From: Ancylonema sp.
Lineage: Eukaryota
DNA: 64,000 nt
NCBI GenBank assembly: GCA_050230475.1
Contig: JBFLGF010000040.1
Span: 1 to 64,000, forward strand
Direction of reading: 5' to 3'
Made by a program: the position numbers and the translations under genes. The notes beneath the pieces are model-generated. The model searched no databases, was not told the DNA's origin, and was given only the letters and a program-made list of their open reading frames with translations. Below, one piece after another: positions 50,501 through 62,400 of this stretch (the first letter of the stretch is position 1; each line of letters starts with the position of its first letter).

Positions 50501-53500
50501 CAACGAGGCGTTTGTGGTGAGGGGGGGGAGGGGTGGGGGGGGGGGGTGGGGGTTTTTGGGGTTCAGGGTTCAGGATTGGGGTTGGGGATGCAGGTTGATC
50601 CGGAGTATGTGCCCGGGAGACGGCGGATGGGGGAGCACTACAAACCGAATATGGTGAGAGGGGGGGGGGGGGGGAGGGGAGGGGTGGGGGGGGGGGGGAA
50701 GGGGGAGGGGAAGGGGGAACTGATGGTCTGCCAGGGGGGGTTGTGTGTCTGCGCAGTATGAGCTTCCGTTTTTGGAAGCTGGTCAGCTGTACAGGGGGGA
50801 GATCAGTGCCCTCCACGTGTATGAAGGGATTTTTGTGAACATCAACGCCGTACATGATGCGTAAGTTGGGCCGTACATGGAAATACAGACATACATACAT
50901 CGCGGGAAGTTGGTGTAGGGTACCAACTACTGCTGGTTTCCGAGTATGTTGCGGTATCTAGTGGGGGTCGTGCATTGTGATTCTGCTTTTAATACTGTAA
51001 CGGATATAATTGATGTAATTGATTGAATCCCCCATCCCCTCCTACATGCTCTGGTCACCCACATGCACGCCATCCAGTAGCCTGCAGCTGGTAGACTGAA
51101 ACCGGTAGACTGTAACCCGTAGGCTTCAATCTGTAGACTGTAGACTGGAACTCAAAACGTGTAGTCTGGAGACCGTAGCAAACAAAATGTGTAGCCTGTC
51201 GCCTGTAGCCTGTAGCCTGTAGCCTGTATCATGTTTGTCCTGACCTCCTGCCCTGTGTCCAGGTGGGTTCCCGTGAAGGAGCGTGATTGGGCGGTGGGCA
51301 ACCTCCGGTCCCAGGTCTACCCGGGGCAGGAGGTGATCGTGGAGATCACGGCGAAGAGGGACCCGTTCCGATACAGATTCCCCATCGAGGCGCGGCTGGA
51401 GGAACCAAACATCGACCATCTACTGTGAGGGGGGAAACGAACAGATACTTAAAAAAAAAAAGTAAAAAAAAAGTGGTACGTGCGTGCCGCCTGGCCGATT
51501 GTGTGATTGGAGAGAGAGGGGGGGTGTGTTTTCAGTACGGACCGTTTCCCCTACCCCCCCATGTTCTACCGCCCGGGGGATGACGACTTGGAGGAAACGG
51601 CGGTGAGGATCGCAATCCTGGAGGGGGGGGGTGGGGGTGCATCCTGGCAACTATTTGTATTTGTGGGGGTGCATCCTGGCAACTAAGAATGGGCCACCTG
51701 ACCACCCCCTCTTTTTTTTTATTATTAATATATATATAATAAATATATAAATTTATTATGATATGAATAAAAAAAAATCATGTTTCCCCTACCCCCCCTC
51801 CTTATTATAAATACATCTAAATTTCTCTCGTGTGTTAAACGTTTTTTCTTTCTCAAAATTTATGTATCTGTGTGTGTGTGCGTGTGCCTGCCACGTGTCA
51901 GCTTGAGGTTGATCGCCCCTTCCCCCGCGTCTCCCGCAAAGTGATCGACCAGCGCCAACCAAACTTCTGGCTCCAAGAACGAACTCTACAGGAACACCCA
52001 TACCTACAAACAGTGAGACAACCCTCCCTCCCCCACTCCCCAGCCCCCCAGCCCCCCAGCCCCCCAACCCCCAACCCCCAACCCCCCCCCCCTATATCAA
52101 CCCCCTCCCTGCCCCTGGGGTTTTTCGGGGTTCAGATCCGCGAGCGCCACCGTGTTGAGCAATCCCTCCTGGATACAGAGGAACAGACGGGGGAGACGCC
52201 TTACTGGGCGTGGGACCGCTACTCCACACTCACAGACATCACCAAAGTGGATCTGGAGGCGGCCAGGGAGGAGAGGAAGGTGAAAAGAGAGGGGGGGGGG
52301 GGGGGGAATAGGGGGTCCTGGTTGTCCGCCTACCTGCTTGCCTGTCTCTCTCTTTGTCTCTTTGTCTGTTCGTCTCTACATTTGTTTGTCGGTATGTTTG
52401 TTTGGTTTGTTTGTCTGTCTGTTTTGTTTGTCTGTATGTTCATGTGGTGCGGTGCCAGTTGTCCTTCCTACTTCTCAATCCTCTCCCCGCTCTCTCGTGG
52501 TCGCAGTTGGTGAGAGAGCTACAGCAGCAGGCAAGGGAGGCGGCTGGGAGGGAGAGAGGAGGCAGAGAGGAGGTGGAGGAGGAGGAGGAGGAGGAGGTGG
52601 AGGTGGAGGAGGAGGAGGTGGAGGTGGAGGGGGAGGAGAATAAGAATAAGAAGAAGAATAAGGAGGAGGAGTTTTTGTTCGATCGTCCTCTTAGCAGGAT
52701 GGAGTTTGAGTTCGGGGTGTGGGTTGGCATGCATGAGCGGAGGCAGGTGGAGCAGAGGGAGGCGTTGAGGAGAGACGTGGCAGCGTGAGTTGGGGGGGGG
52801 CACGGGGCCACGGGCAGTGCCGAAATACCAACGAAGTTACCTTACCTTCCACACCTCCCCCCTCCCCCCCTTTCCCTTCCCCCCCCCCTCCCCACCCCCT
52901 TTTTTTTTTTTTTTTTTTCCAAAAAATCGTATTTTCCGTTTTATTTTTTGTTTTTTTTTAAAAATGTTTTTTATGTTTTTGTTCTGTCCTCCCCCTACTC
53001 TCTTGTTCCAGTCGTGTGGCCGTGGGTCTTCCCCTGGAGGAGTGGGGTCGTTTTGCGGAGGAGTGGGACGTTAGCTTGAACGAGACTCGACCCTGGAAGC
53101 GTGCGTGTGATACGATACAAGGGAGGATGGAGGAGGAGGGGAGGAGGAGGGAGAGGATCAAGGGGGAAGGGAGGGAGAGGGAGGTGATGGCGGGGGAGGA
53201 GGAGGAGGAGGTGGAGGAGGAGGGGGAGGTGGAGGAGGCGGAGTTTCAACCGTATGCCAATTGGGCGACGGATTCGAGCGTGATGTATATACCAGAGTTT
53301 GGGGGTAAGTCAGGTGTGGGGATGCTGTCGTCACTCGTGGCCGTATTGGGTCTGGTTGAAAATTCCGGTATTCTGGGTTGGTTGGTTGGATGGCTGTCTA
53401 GTGCATTGGCTGAAGGACGTGATGTGTGACGGTTGGTTGGTTGGTTGGTTGGTTGGTTGGTTGGTTGATGGGGTGGGTTTGCGTTTCCTGTTGTGCAGAG

Positions 53501-53584
53501 GTGGCTGCGCTTGAGGTGGAAGTGGGGTCGGATGAGGGGGAGGCGGGGGTGGAAAGTGCTGATGTTAGGAGTTTTGTTGCATGA
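47504..53584 (+). CDS. PTAC10: Plastid transcriptionally active chromosome protein 10 (pTAC10/PAP3) homolog, S1 domain, predicted 13 exons, ~903 aa
   Basis: Exons 47504-48042, 48654-48789, 49388-49993, 50391-50516, 50594-50653, 50757-50860, 51263-51424, 51536-51602, 51902-52012, 52136-52279, 52507-52784, 53012-53304 and 53499-53584 (all GT-AG, phases consistent). Hallmark segments PRDWPPPGW, ANKDRL, PGRRRMG..MYELPF and VIVEITAKRDPFRYRFPIE..PNIDH. Confidence 0.9.
48523..48970. repeat. Intronic (CCCCAAC)n and telomere-like (TTAGGG)n / G-rich tracts flanking pTAC10 exon 2
   Basis: C-rich run at 48523-48650, GGGTTA repeats at ~48830-48858, followed by G-rich sequence. Confidence 0.85.
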
Positions 53585-55027
53585 GCGAGAGAGCAACAAA
53601 GCGTTGCACGTGTTTCTTGGTGGAAAGAGATGAGTTGTACCCTCTAGGTGGGTCTTTGACAGTGACGTGGATGCAGAGAGAGGAGTTGGTGGTGGAGGAG
53701 AGTGGAAGAACAAATTGGTGAAAGAACGGTGTATTGTTGCTAAATGTGTTGGGGGCATGTATGCCCTGTGTGCTTGAGGGCGTGTTGGATGGTGTGTGCA
53801 TTTTCTAGTCATGGTAGGCGGGTCGCGACCGCTCTTTTTAGTACTTGCCATGTTCGGAGCTCTTAAACTTCATTGTAAGCCGTCAATGGCGGAATTATCA
53901 ACGGGTCGATGGTGGATATATCATGGCTTGCTCAGGAGGCAAAAGCTTGAAAAATACCCGCGAACTATGAAGTAATTATTTCGCTTGTACATTCCGGCAG
54001 TTAAAATTACGGAATTACGGAAGCAGATACATAGTAGCATAATACGCATTCTGTGCCAGGCAATATGTATCGATAGCAAGTAATACAGTCTTCCCTCGAT
54101 ATAACGACCAAAAAAACTGGAAGACATGTCCTTGTATCGATATGTTGTTAAACAATATGTGACAACATCTGGTGATATTATTTGAGATGAGTGTCATTAT
54201 ATCGACGGAAGTCATTATATCGACGGAATGTGTCAGTTATGCAAAGTGAGCACCAGGTCATGTGTTATGAAGACATGTCGTGTTGACACCCGTTCGTGTT
54301 GAACCACCCGTATTGTCCATACATAATGACCCGCAAATAATGATTGAAAGGGTGGGTCGGGTCAAAGTAATTTATTCATTTTTTGGCCGTTCAATCCGGA
54401 TCGTCCACTCAGATGGCTATTGGAACCCCTAACTCAATGATTGGTCAAGTCAGCGGGGGCGCCAATCATGCTCAAGCCTAAGAAGATCCGCAGAAGCTTC
54501 CCATTCACTTTACTCCTACTGGGGCATATCGAACTCTCTACTCCGTTATAACGACACAAAAGTCTGAAAGCCTGAATATACTGACTCGTTCCTACACAAC
54601 CGTGCCTGGCACGCGTTACAACGCCACGAGCCTATACACTATGACAGTTGACGTATAGCAGCGTATCGTTTACCAAATACTCACAACAACACACGCAATA
54701 TCTTGCATTGTACAAAACTACAAGTTATAATGTTTGAATCGTACCTCCCAAATCACCCCCCAAGTGTAAACACACGTTCCTTGACCCATACTACTGCCCC
54801 TAAGTCCATATACCCCAAGTATATCCCAACACACCACCCAAGCACAACAAGTTCTGAATTGTTTTTAACTCCCCCCCTCTAGGAATTGTGAAAGTGAAAT
54901 GTCAACGAAGTCTAGAATCAAGAAAAATAGAATCTGAACTTCACTACAGGTTGCAAATCTGCAGAAGTAAGCTTTCCCTGCCCAACTGCATCCCATGCCT
55001 TCAACTTCACCTCACTAGTCTCCCCCA

Positions 55028-56276
55028 CTAATGGTACGGGCAAGCCCAAAGAGCCCAACGGGATATCTGGCAGGGGGGGTGTATGACACCATATGTGGAA
55101 CCCCTGCTGACAGCGATCACACAACACCATAGATTCCTCGCGTTCCCGACTACCACACTCGCGGCAATAGGTATTGTCCCTACGGAAATACCGCTCCGGG
55201 TAGATTTAATTGTCAATGACAGATAGGCTGCAGGGGGGCACGTTTTTAGCCTGCTCCTCTATGCGCGCGCCATCCTGTCCTTGAAGCACCACCACTCCAC
55301 TGGCCTTCTTTCGCACCACCTGAAGGATGTGAGGGTCGGTGGGGACGTCTAGAGACGCCAAAGGTTTCCTTTTGACTAACACGAAATCGCCTGAAGCCAC
55401 CTCCTCCTTGGCTCTGTCCCATGGAGGGCCACGGACTAGGCGAAACTGCGTCTTGTCCCGGTGCTGGGCGATGGCGAGATTGCGCATGGTCAGGGGCAGC
55501 ACTTGCTGGAAGATCTGCGAGCGTTCCTCGATGAAGAAACGCACGGCTTCTGGGTCATCCAGGCCGGGCATTGATTGACCCTCCAGCGCTTGGATTCGGG
55601 CAGGGAAGATGGGGTGACGCCCAAAGAGGATGTAGTAGGGCGAGTAGCCCAGGGCTTTCTGCTGCGTCATCTTGTACCCTGTAGCAACATAAGGCAAGAC
55701 AAGGTCCCAATCCGTGGCCGCGCGCTCCAGCTGCGTCTTACGGAGGCCCTGCTTCATAGTTAGGACCATCCTTTCGGACAACCCATCTGCCTGAGGGTGC
55801 TGGTGAGAGGCCAGACGATGGTCAATATTGAAGTGGGTTAGCACATCCTGAAACTCACCCCTGAACTCTGAGCCCTGATCAGTTACTACTTCAGCAGGAG
55901 CACCCATGCGAGTGAGAACATACTCTACCAAAGCCCATGCAGTACCAGCGGCAGACTTGTCGGGCAAAGGCACCAGTTCAACCCACTTTGTGAAATGCTC
56001 GATGAGGACCAACACATACTTGTTACCTCGTTTGGTTACCGGAAAAGGACCAACGAAGTCCACGCCCCACCGATACCCGAGGCCGCGAATAGGAAGGGGT
56101 TGCAGCTCTCGTTGAGGATCTCGAAAGGTGGCTTTGGCGCGGGTGCAAGAGTTGCAGCTGCCGATCACGCCACGGACATCAGAGTCCATGTCCTTCCACC
56201 AGTAGTTTTTTTGCAAGAGACCCTGCACACGGTTGACCCCAAAGTGTCCCATCTCCCGATGCACCCGTAAGATCAA
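55028..56276 (-). pseudogene. Gypsy DDE integrase with C-terminal PHD finger
   Basis: HREMGH..CNSC, WGVDFVGP, TDQGSEF and GLSER, then a frameshifted CRECG..LCDRCQQGFHIWCHTPPL..WACPYH (C4HC3 pattern). Confidence 0.92.
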
Positions 56277-58489
56277 TTATAACCGTGCAGAAGGGAGAGG
56301 GATGAGAAGCATGATACCACCCGGATACACCTTATATACATTCCCCCCCAGCCACCGGTATCCTAAAGCCCTTCTATACACCCTGTCGCGCTGTGCTGGA
56401 GTAGAGTCCGGGGCGTGGCGATGATGTTTCAGGAACTCCAGAACCGGTGTGTCTGCCCAAATGTCAGGAGTAGAGGCAGCGTCTGACGATGGGGAAACTG
56501 CAGCTCCGGGCACAACTCTGGGGGTACTGGGGAGAGAGAGGCTGCACACAGGGGAGCTGTGGTGCAAGGAAGGGTTGCTGCGTGAAACGCAAGGTAAGTA
56601 GCAGGGCCTAACACCAGCTCATCCTGCACCTGTACATCAGCATAGCAAATAGTCCCCAATTCTTCTCTCCTCTCTAAACTCATCATGAGTAGATGGCAAT
56701 GGAAACCTGCTACAACAATTTGCAACAGCGTTGGTGACCCCCGGGGTGTGCTTGATTTTGAAATCATATTCCTGCAGAAAGAGGGACCAGCGAGCTAACC
56801 TGCCTGTAAGCCGGGAAGTGGTCATCATCCAGTCCAGCGCCTTGTGGTCGGTCAGCAAAAGGAAGGGGCTGCCGATGAAGTAGTGGCGGAAGTGTTAAAG
56901 TGCCCACACCACAGCGATACTTTCTCCGTCGTACGCGCTCTACTTTCTTTCCGCATCATTGCAGCTGCGGCTGGAACAGGCCACCACAAACTCCTGCCCA
57001 GCCTCATCATGCTAGCTAAGGACGGCGCCCACCCCATCCTGGCTCCACTCGGTCTGTAGCTGGAAGGGCCGAGTGTAGTCAGGACGCCTCAATACTGGCT
57101 CAGAACACGGCAGTTGCTGAAGCTTCTGCATGGCTGCTTGCTCTTCTCTCCCCATAACCAGGGGGCATCCTTCTTGAGTAACCTGTTGAGAGGGGCTGCA
57201 ATCACCGAGAAGTGTGGAAAAAACTTTCCGGTAATAGAAGAACAACCCTAGCAATGCACGCAAGCTAGAGAGGTCTGTGGGAGTAGCCATCTCCCGAATA
57301 TCTTTAGTCTTCTCTATTTGTGGGCGGATGCCGTAGGCATTGACCCGGTGCCCTAAGAAATCAACTTCCTGAGCAGCAAACAAGCATTTTCCAGGGTGTA
57401 CTTTTAACCCCCACTTTTCCAAGCGTGCAAACACTAGTTCCAAGTGTTTCAATGTTCAGCAAATGAAGAACTCTATATGATAATATCGTTAGTGTAGTAA
57501 CGGGCAAAGGGTAGCCCAGCAAGAACCTAGTCCATGAGACGTTGAAAATAGGGAGGGGCGTTCTTCAGCCCGAATGGTACGACGTTCCACTCCCACAACT
57601 GCCGTCAATTTCCCCAGAAGGCGGTCTTACCCTTGTCATGCTCCGCCACTGGGATCTGGTGATAACCGGACTTCAGGTCCAATTTGCTGAAGATGGTGGC
57701 GCCTTGTAGTTCCTGAAAGATATCTTCAATAGCAAGCAGGGGGTACCTATCCAGCTCAGTGTAAAGGTTCACGGGACGATAGTCACCGCACTGACGTAAG
57801 TCAATGTAAGCGCCTGACTCGTCCCGCTTCCGCACCACCACAGTGGCAAAGGCATATTTGGACTGAGAAGATAATCTGATGAGCCCCTGCTTCTACAGTT
57901 TTTGGCAGTTTTCCTATACAAAGTCCCATTCTGTCTTCCCTAGCTTATCAGCATGCGAGAAGATGGGTTTGTCAGTGGTGAGAGGAATCTCCATGGCAGG
58001 TCCAGTAAACCCCCCCAGATCAGCAATTGAATAGGCAAAGGCACCCGTGTGCTTTTCCAAAAAGTTGGTTGAGTCTTCTGTTTCTTCAGGATTTAGTCCC
58101 CCCCCCAGTTTCCACGCAGCATCCTCACCTGCAGCAGCCATGAGTGGCTGCGGATCGTGAAGGAGTTCTTGAAGGCGCTCTCCTCGCAGCAGCTGTTGAT
58201 GCTGCAACGACCGGATCTAGTCTTGCACGCACAAGTGGGCCTTGTGGAGATGTAGGCGTTCCTCCATGTCGGTGTTATGCTGCTGCAGCTCTCCTCCATC
58301 ATAGTAAAAGTCTCGCTCGTCTGCGTTGTAGTGTAGTGCGAAAAACTCCACTGGCATGCACAAAGCAGTTTGTTCGTCCCGGTCTTCTTCTTCTTCCCCC
58401 CCCGCTCCCACTTCCCCCCCCCTTAGAGCCTGCCGTGCAGACATGAGGCCAAGGGTGGGGTCTGAGCCCTAGCGGGGGTGAAGAAAGGA

Positions 58490-59470
58490 AAGAATGCCGC
58501 CAAACCAGCGCAGCACGTGCCGGTCGATGGCCTGGCCGATCATCTGGTGGCGGGAGGCAAGGGAGACAGTGGGACCACCGTCGGGTGTCATCTGTTTCAA
58601 AGCCATTAGCTGCTCCTTCTCGACGATGGTTGGTCCTTCCCAGACATGAGTCTCGCGGTTGTAGAGCTGGCCAGGGCCAGACGGTTGCCCGAGGGGCGCA
58701 GCGCATGGCTATTGGGAAAGGAGACAAGGGTGGGCAGAGCGCGGCGCTCCTGCCAAGCACGTTGACGATCCTATGGGGAGGACTGTCCGTGACTGCACAG
58801 GCGCTGTGGTATGGACTCTTCCAGCACAGTGGTGAGGTTGGTCAAGGGTTGGTTAGGAGTAAAAAGACGACGCAGGGCTGCTGGCGACATCATGTTAGTC
58901 CGGAACCGACGGTATCGGTGGGACAGTACTCCTACCACACAAGCATCAAACGCTATATTCTCACCCGAAAACACTTTGATCAAAGCATCCGCATCACGCA
59001 CAACTTGGGCATCATCACGAATGCAAACATTTTCTAGCAAGTATAACACTGGCACTCGCCTCCCATTCTGGTTGTCCTAAAACCATTTAAGCAGGCGAAC
59101 GACTTCAAGAAACACCTAGAACCTAGCATCATGGATGCCACGGGGACCAGCAGCACTAAACGGTTGGTAAGAAAACCCGGCCCCAAACATGTCGACAGGG
59201 CCATGGCGGGCCACAAAGTTTGCCAACTGCAGGTTAGAGACCAAACGCACATCTTGTGAAAGACGTGAATCAAAACCATGCAGGGTAGAAGCAGGCAAAA
59301 GATGAGGATAGCGGAGTCGAAGTCTGCAGACGAACACTCGCACAACAACATGCACATCTGGGTCTACATCAATGAAAGTGTACTTATACACAAGTAGACT
59401 TGCTTCCAATGCTTCAACCAATTTCGGGCATCCTACCCCTCCACACACCTCTATGATATGAACCCCATGA
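58490..59470 (-). pseudogene. C5-cytosine DNA methyltransferase domain embedded in gypsy pol
   Basis: Ordered motifs: I HIIEVCGGVG, II FIDVD, III QDVR, IV VDMFGAGFSYQPFSAAG (PC mutated to SY), VI YLLENV, VIII SHRYRRFRTN, IX PTIVEKEQLM-GF, X RHQMIGQAID. In-frame TAGs and small frameshifts are present. Confidence 0.88.
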
Positions 59471-62400
59471 GACTGTTGCTCAGGTGTGAGGTGTTGGATG
59501 GAAATATCGATGGGCTAGACACGGTGAGCTTCAGGTCCAGTCCATGGGGGTAAAGGGGAAATTGTCTCAGCTGTCGGGATGGGAGGCTGCGTGGCATTCA
59601 GGCGCTCTATCAGCTGCTGGTTGGCTCTGGTCTGTCGAAAGGCCCAGGTGACGTTGGCACGCTGACTGAGTCGGGCGAGTTCTTGTTATTCTTGGCTGAG
59701 GTGCACCACCGGGGCTGGTTGAGGTTCGGGGATGATGCCTTGTGCACGTCTGGCTCGTTCCTCTACGGCAGTCTGGTTGGCCACGTCGAGGTCCAGCTGC
59801 TCGAGAAATGGCAGAGCCGCACGGAAGACTTGGTTGCGACGAGCAAACAACAATGGCACAAGGCCTTCACGGCTGCCCATGTTATGACGGGACAGCCAAT
59901 TTCGAAGTTGCACCGCATGCATTTTGACCAGATCACGGTGTTGCACCAGGTCCTCGAGAGATTAACTAGCAAGATGCAAGGCAAGAGTGGCAAGCAACCA
60001 AGTGGTAAGATGCTATGTGGACTCGGTGGCAGCGATATCCTCACGAGCATCTTCTAGCAAAGTCGCCTGAGCTTGCCACTGATCGGCTAAGCTGCGCATG
60101 ACATCTACCTCACCTTTGGGTGAAGTGTAGCTTCCTGCATCACCTGCGTAGTTCTGTAGAAAACTTGCATCCACACGTTCTCTCAGCTGGTCTCGAGTGA
60201 CATAAAGATCAAGAGGAATCCGGGCCCTAAGCTTGGCGCGTGTGTTCCAAACTGGCACGATCTCCCAGTAGGAATCAATGAAGTTGATGCAAGCACTCAC
60301 CCTAATGAAAAAATGGGCTCCTAACAGTACATCATAACTAGTGGCGTTGTCCACCAGCACATGCAAGAATGCTTTGACTTCATGAATAATTCCGGGCAGC
60401 AATATGATGGCTACTTTCTTCTTTGTGACACCACGACATTTAGTAGATGCACCTGATGCACCTGTATATGTGATGCCTTCATTCAGATCTGCATCTGTCA
60501 ATCCCATTTGGTCTGCGATCCGCTTACCTAGCATGACAAAGTTGGCGCCTGTGTCTAGCACGATGCCATCTCCTTGGGAACCACTCCGTTGATGGTGACC
60601 ACTCCACCTTCATTGGGAATGGTAAGGTTTTCACATCACAATGTCTCTCAAGTTCGGAGGTACAGGCGCAACATATCCTTCATCTAGTTGCAAGTGTTGC
60701 AGTGCATGGACGAGGTCGGGAAGTGTTGTTTGTTGTTTGCTGTCCGAACTGACCAGAGAGCGGAGTACGGATTTCCTCCACAAAGGCTGGGTCCACCTCA
60801 ACAGAATCCCAGCTGAATGACGAAACCCTTCTGAGGGGGTCGCAGGCTCTGGAGAGAAAACTTGTGGCACCCGTGTCGACAAGTGGAGGGAAAGGACCAA
60901 AGTCAGGGGAACAAGTAAGATTAGGCATCCCCTCGTGTTCTTCATGTTTTAGAGATGGATTCATACTTTTGACTGGGGCTCTTGGTGGAGACGGGAAAGT
61001 TGTGATCTTCCCAAAGTCAGAGAGGACAACTTGTGCCGAATCCCCAACACTTTTTCTCCCTTAGCCCATATAGTTAGACACTGCTGCCGTTCCTCCCTTG
61101 TTCAGGTCTACTGGGATTCCTACATGCTGGTCATATGGATAACCAGTTGTACCTGACCTACGTAGACTGGAGACAAGACTGAACTGATTCACCCCTGAGG
61201 ACAGACTGGACTGACCTAATCCTGGACCCGGGATTGATGACTGTACCTTCTTTCCTTCTATTGCCGTACCGAAGGAGACAAACTGGGTGGGCATTTGAAA
61301 CCTAACCTTGGCTGTTGATTGAACCGGAATCCTGCAAGGCACGCTAGCAGCAGACTCTCTAGCTAGCATGCAAAGTGGAGGTTTCTCTATATCCCTAGAG
61401 AGCCTGCTATCAAAAATCAATGTGGTACCGCTCAACGTTGTTTTCCCTACCTTTGACAAACTGGAATGCATCTGGTCACAAGGGGACGGAGTCAGATTGA
61501 CCGGAAAGAGAGTACCAACCGATGTGGAGAGGGAGGCACTTTTCTGTGCTGGCTACTCATTTACTTTTCTCCCTGAGTTTAGCTGGTAAGACACCGCTTG
61601 CTCAACTTTTTCTTCCAGTGGGATCTCGGGTTAGAGAAGAGCCCCACCCCCAGAGTGGGTGGTGGACCTGCTTCGTGTCATACGAGCCTGGGCACTGGAG
61701 CACAAGTAGTTCGACACACCCTGCTCAGGTTCTAGAAGAGTTGGGCAAATAGATGCCCCTACCGTATCTAACACTGCCCGAGTGACCTGCCAGATCTGGT
61801 ACAATGATGAGTGAACTACCTTAGCTACTGCCTGTGCACTCTTCAGATTATCTGCAATCTCACTCAAAGCAAATATGCCTGGTTCTTCTGGCAAAACATT
61901 TGAAGGGGGTTCATCTTCTAATGTAGTACCCGGCTCTAAATCACCGAAATCCCTTTGACGAAAACTGAGGGGAAACTTGGTTGTATCACCTGATCTGCCG
62001 TAGTCTGGCCCTTGACCTCGTCCGCTGGCAATGGGTGCAGATGTTGGAAGCGAAGGGCCTGCTGGTACCGGCTGTGGCGGTTGTCTCATGAATGGAGTAG
62101 GTGAAGGCCCGACATCAAATGATTCCGGAGTAGATTGCAAAGGACTGATCAAAGGTTGTCTAGCCAGGCGCTCTCCAAAACGGCTGGTACTGCCTGCATC
62201 CGCCTCCACTGCCACTGGTTCCTTCAAGGCTGCATCCCACACCACGCGTGATCCAGCTGCTTCCCTTGCTGCGACTCTTGCTGATCGACGAAGGGCTGCT
62301 TCGTCTGCAGCATGCTGGTCATTGAGGATGGAGGGGGGAGGCTTGCACTGAAACGGTTGCAGGTGACTTCCAAGCGGGTCCAACCCAAGGCTTTGAGGCT

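Noticed and set aside
25941..59517. Alternative genetic code (TAG = Gln) suggested by many in-frame TAGs
   Set aside because: Intact host genes (GST, WRKY) terminate at TAG. The TAG-rich regions also carry frameshifts, and the oxidoreductase TAG sits at a Lys position.
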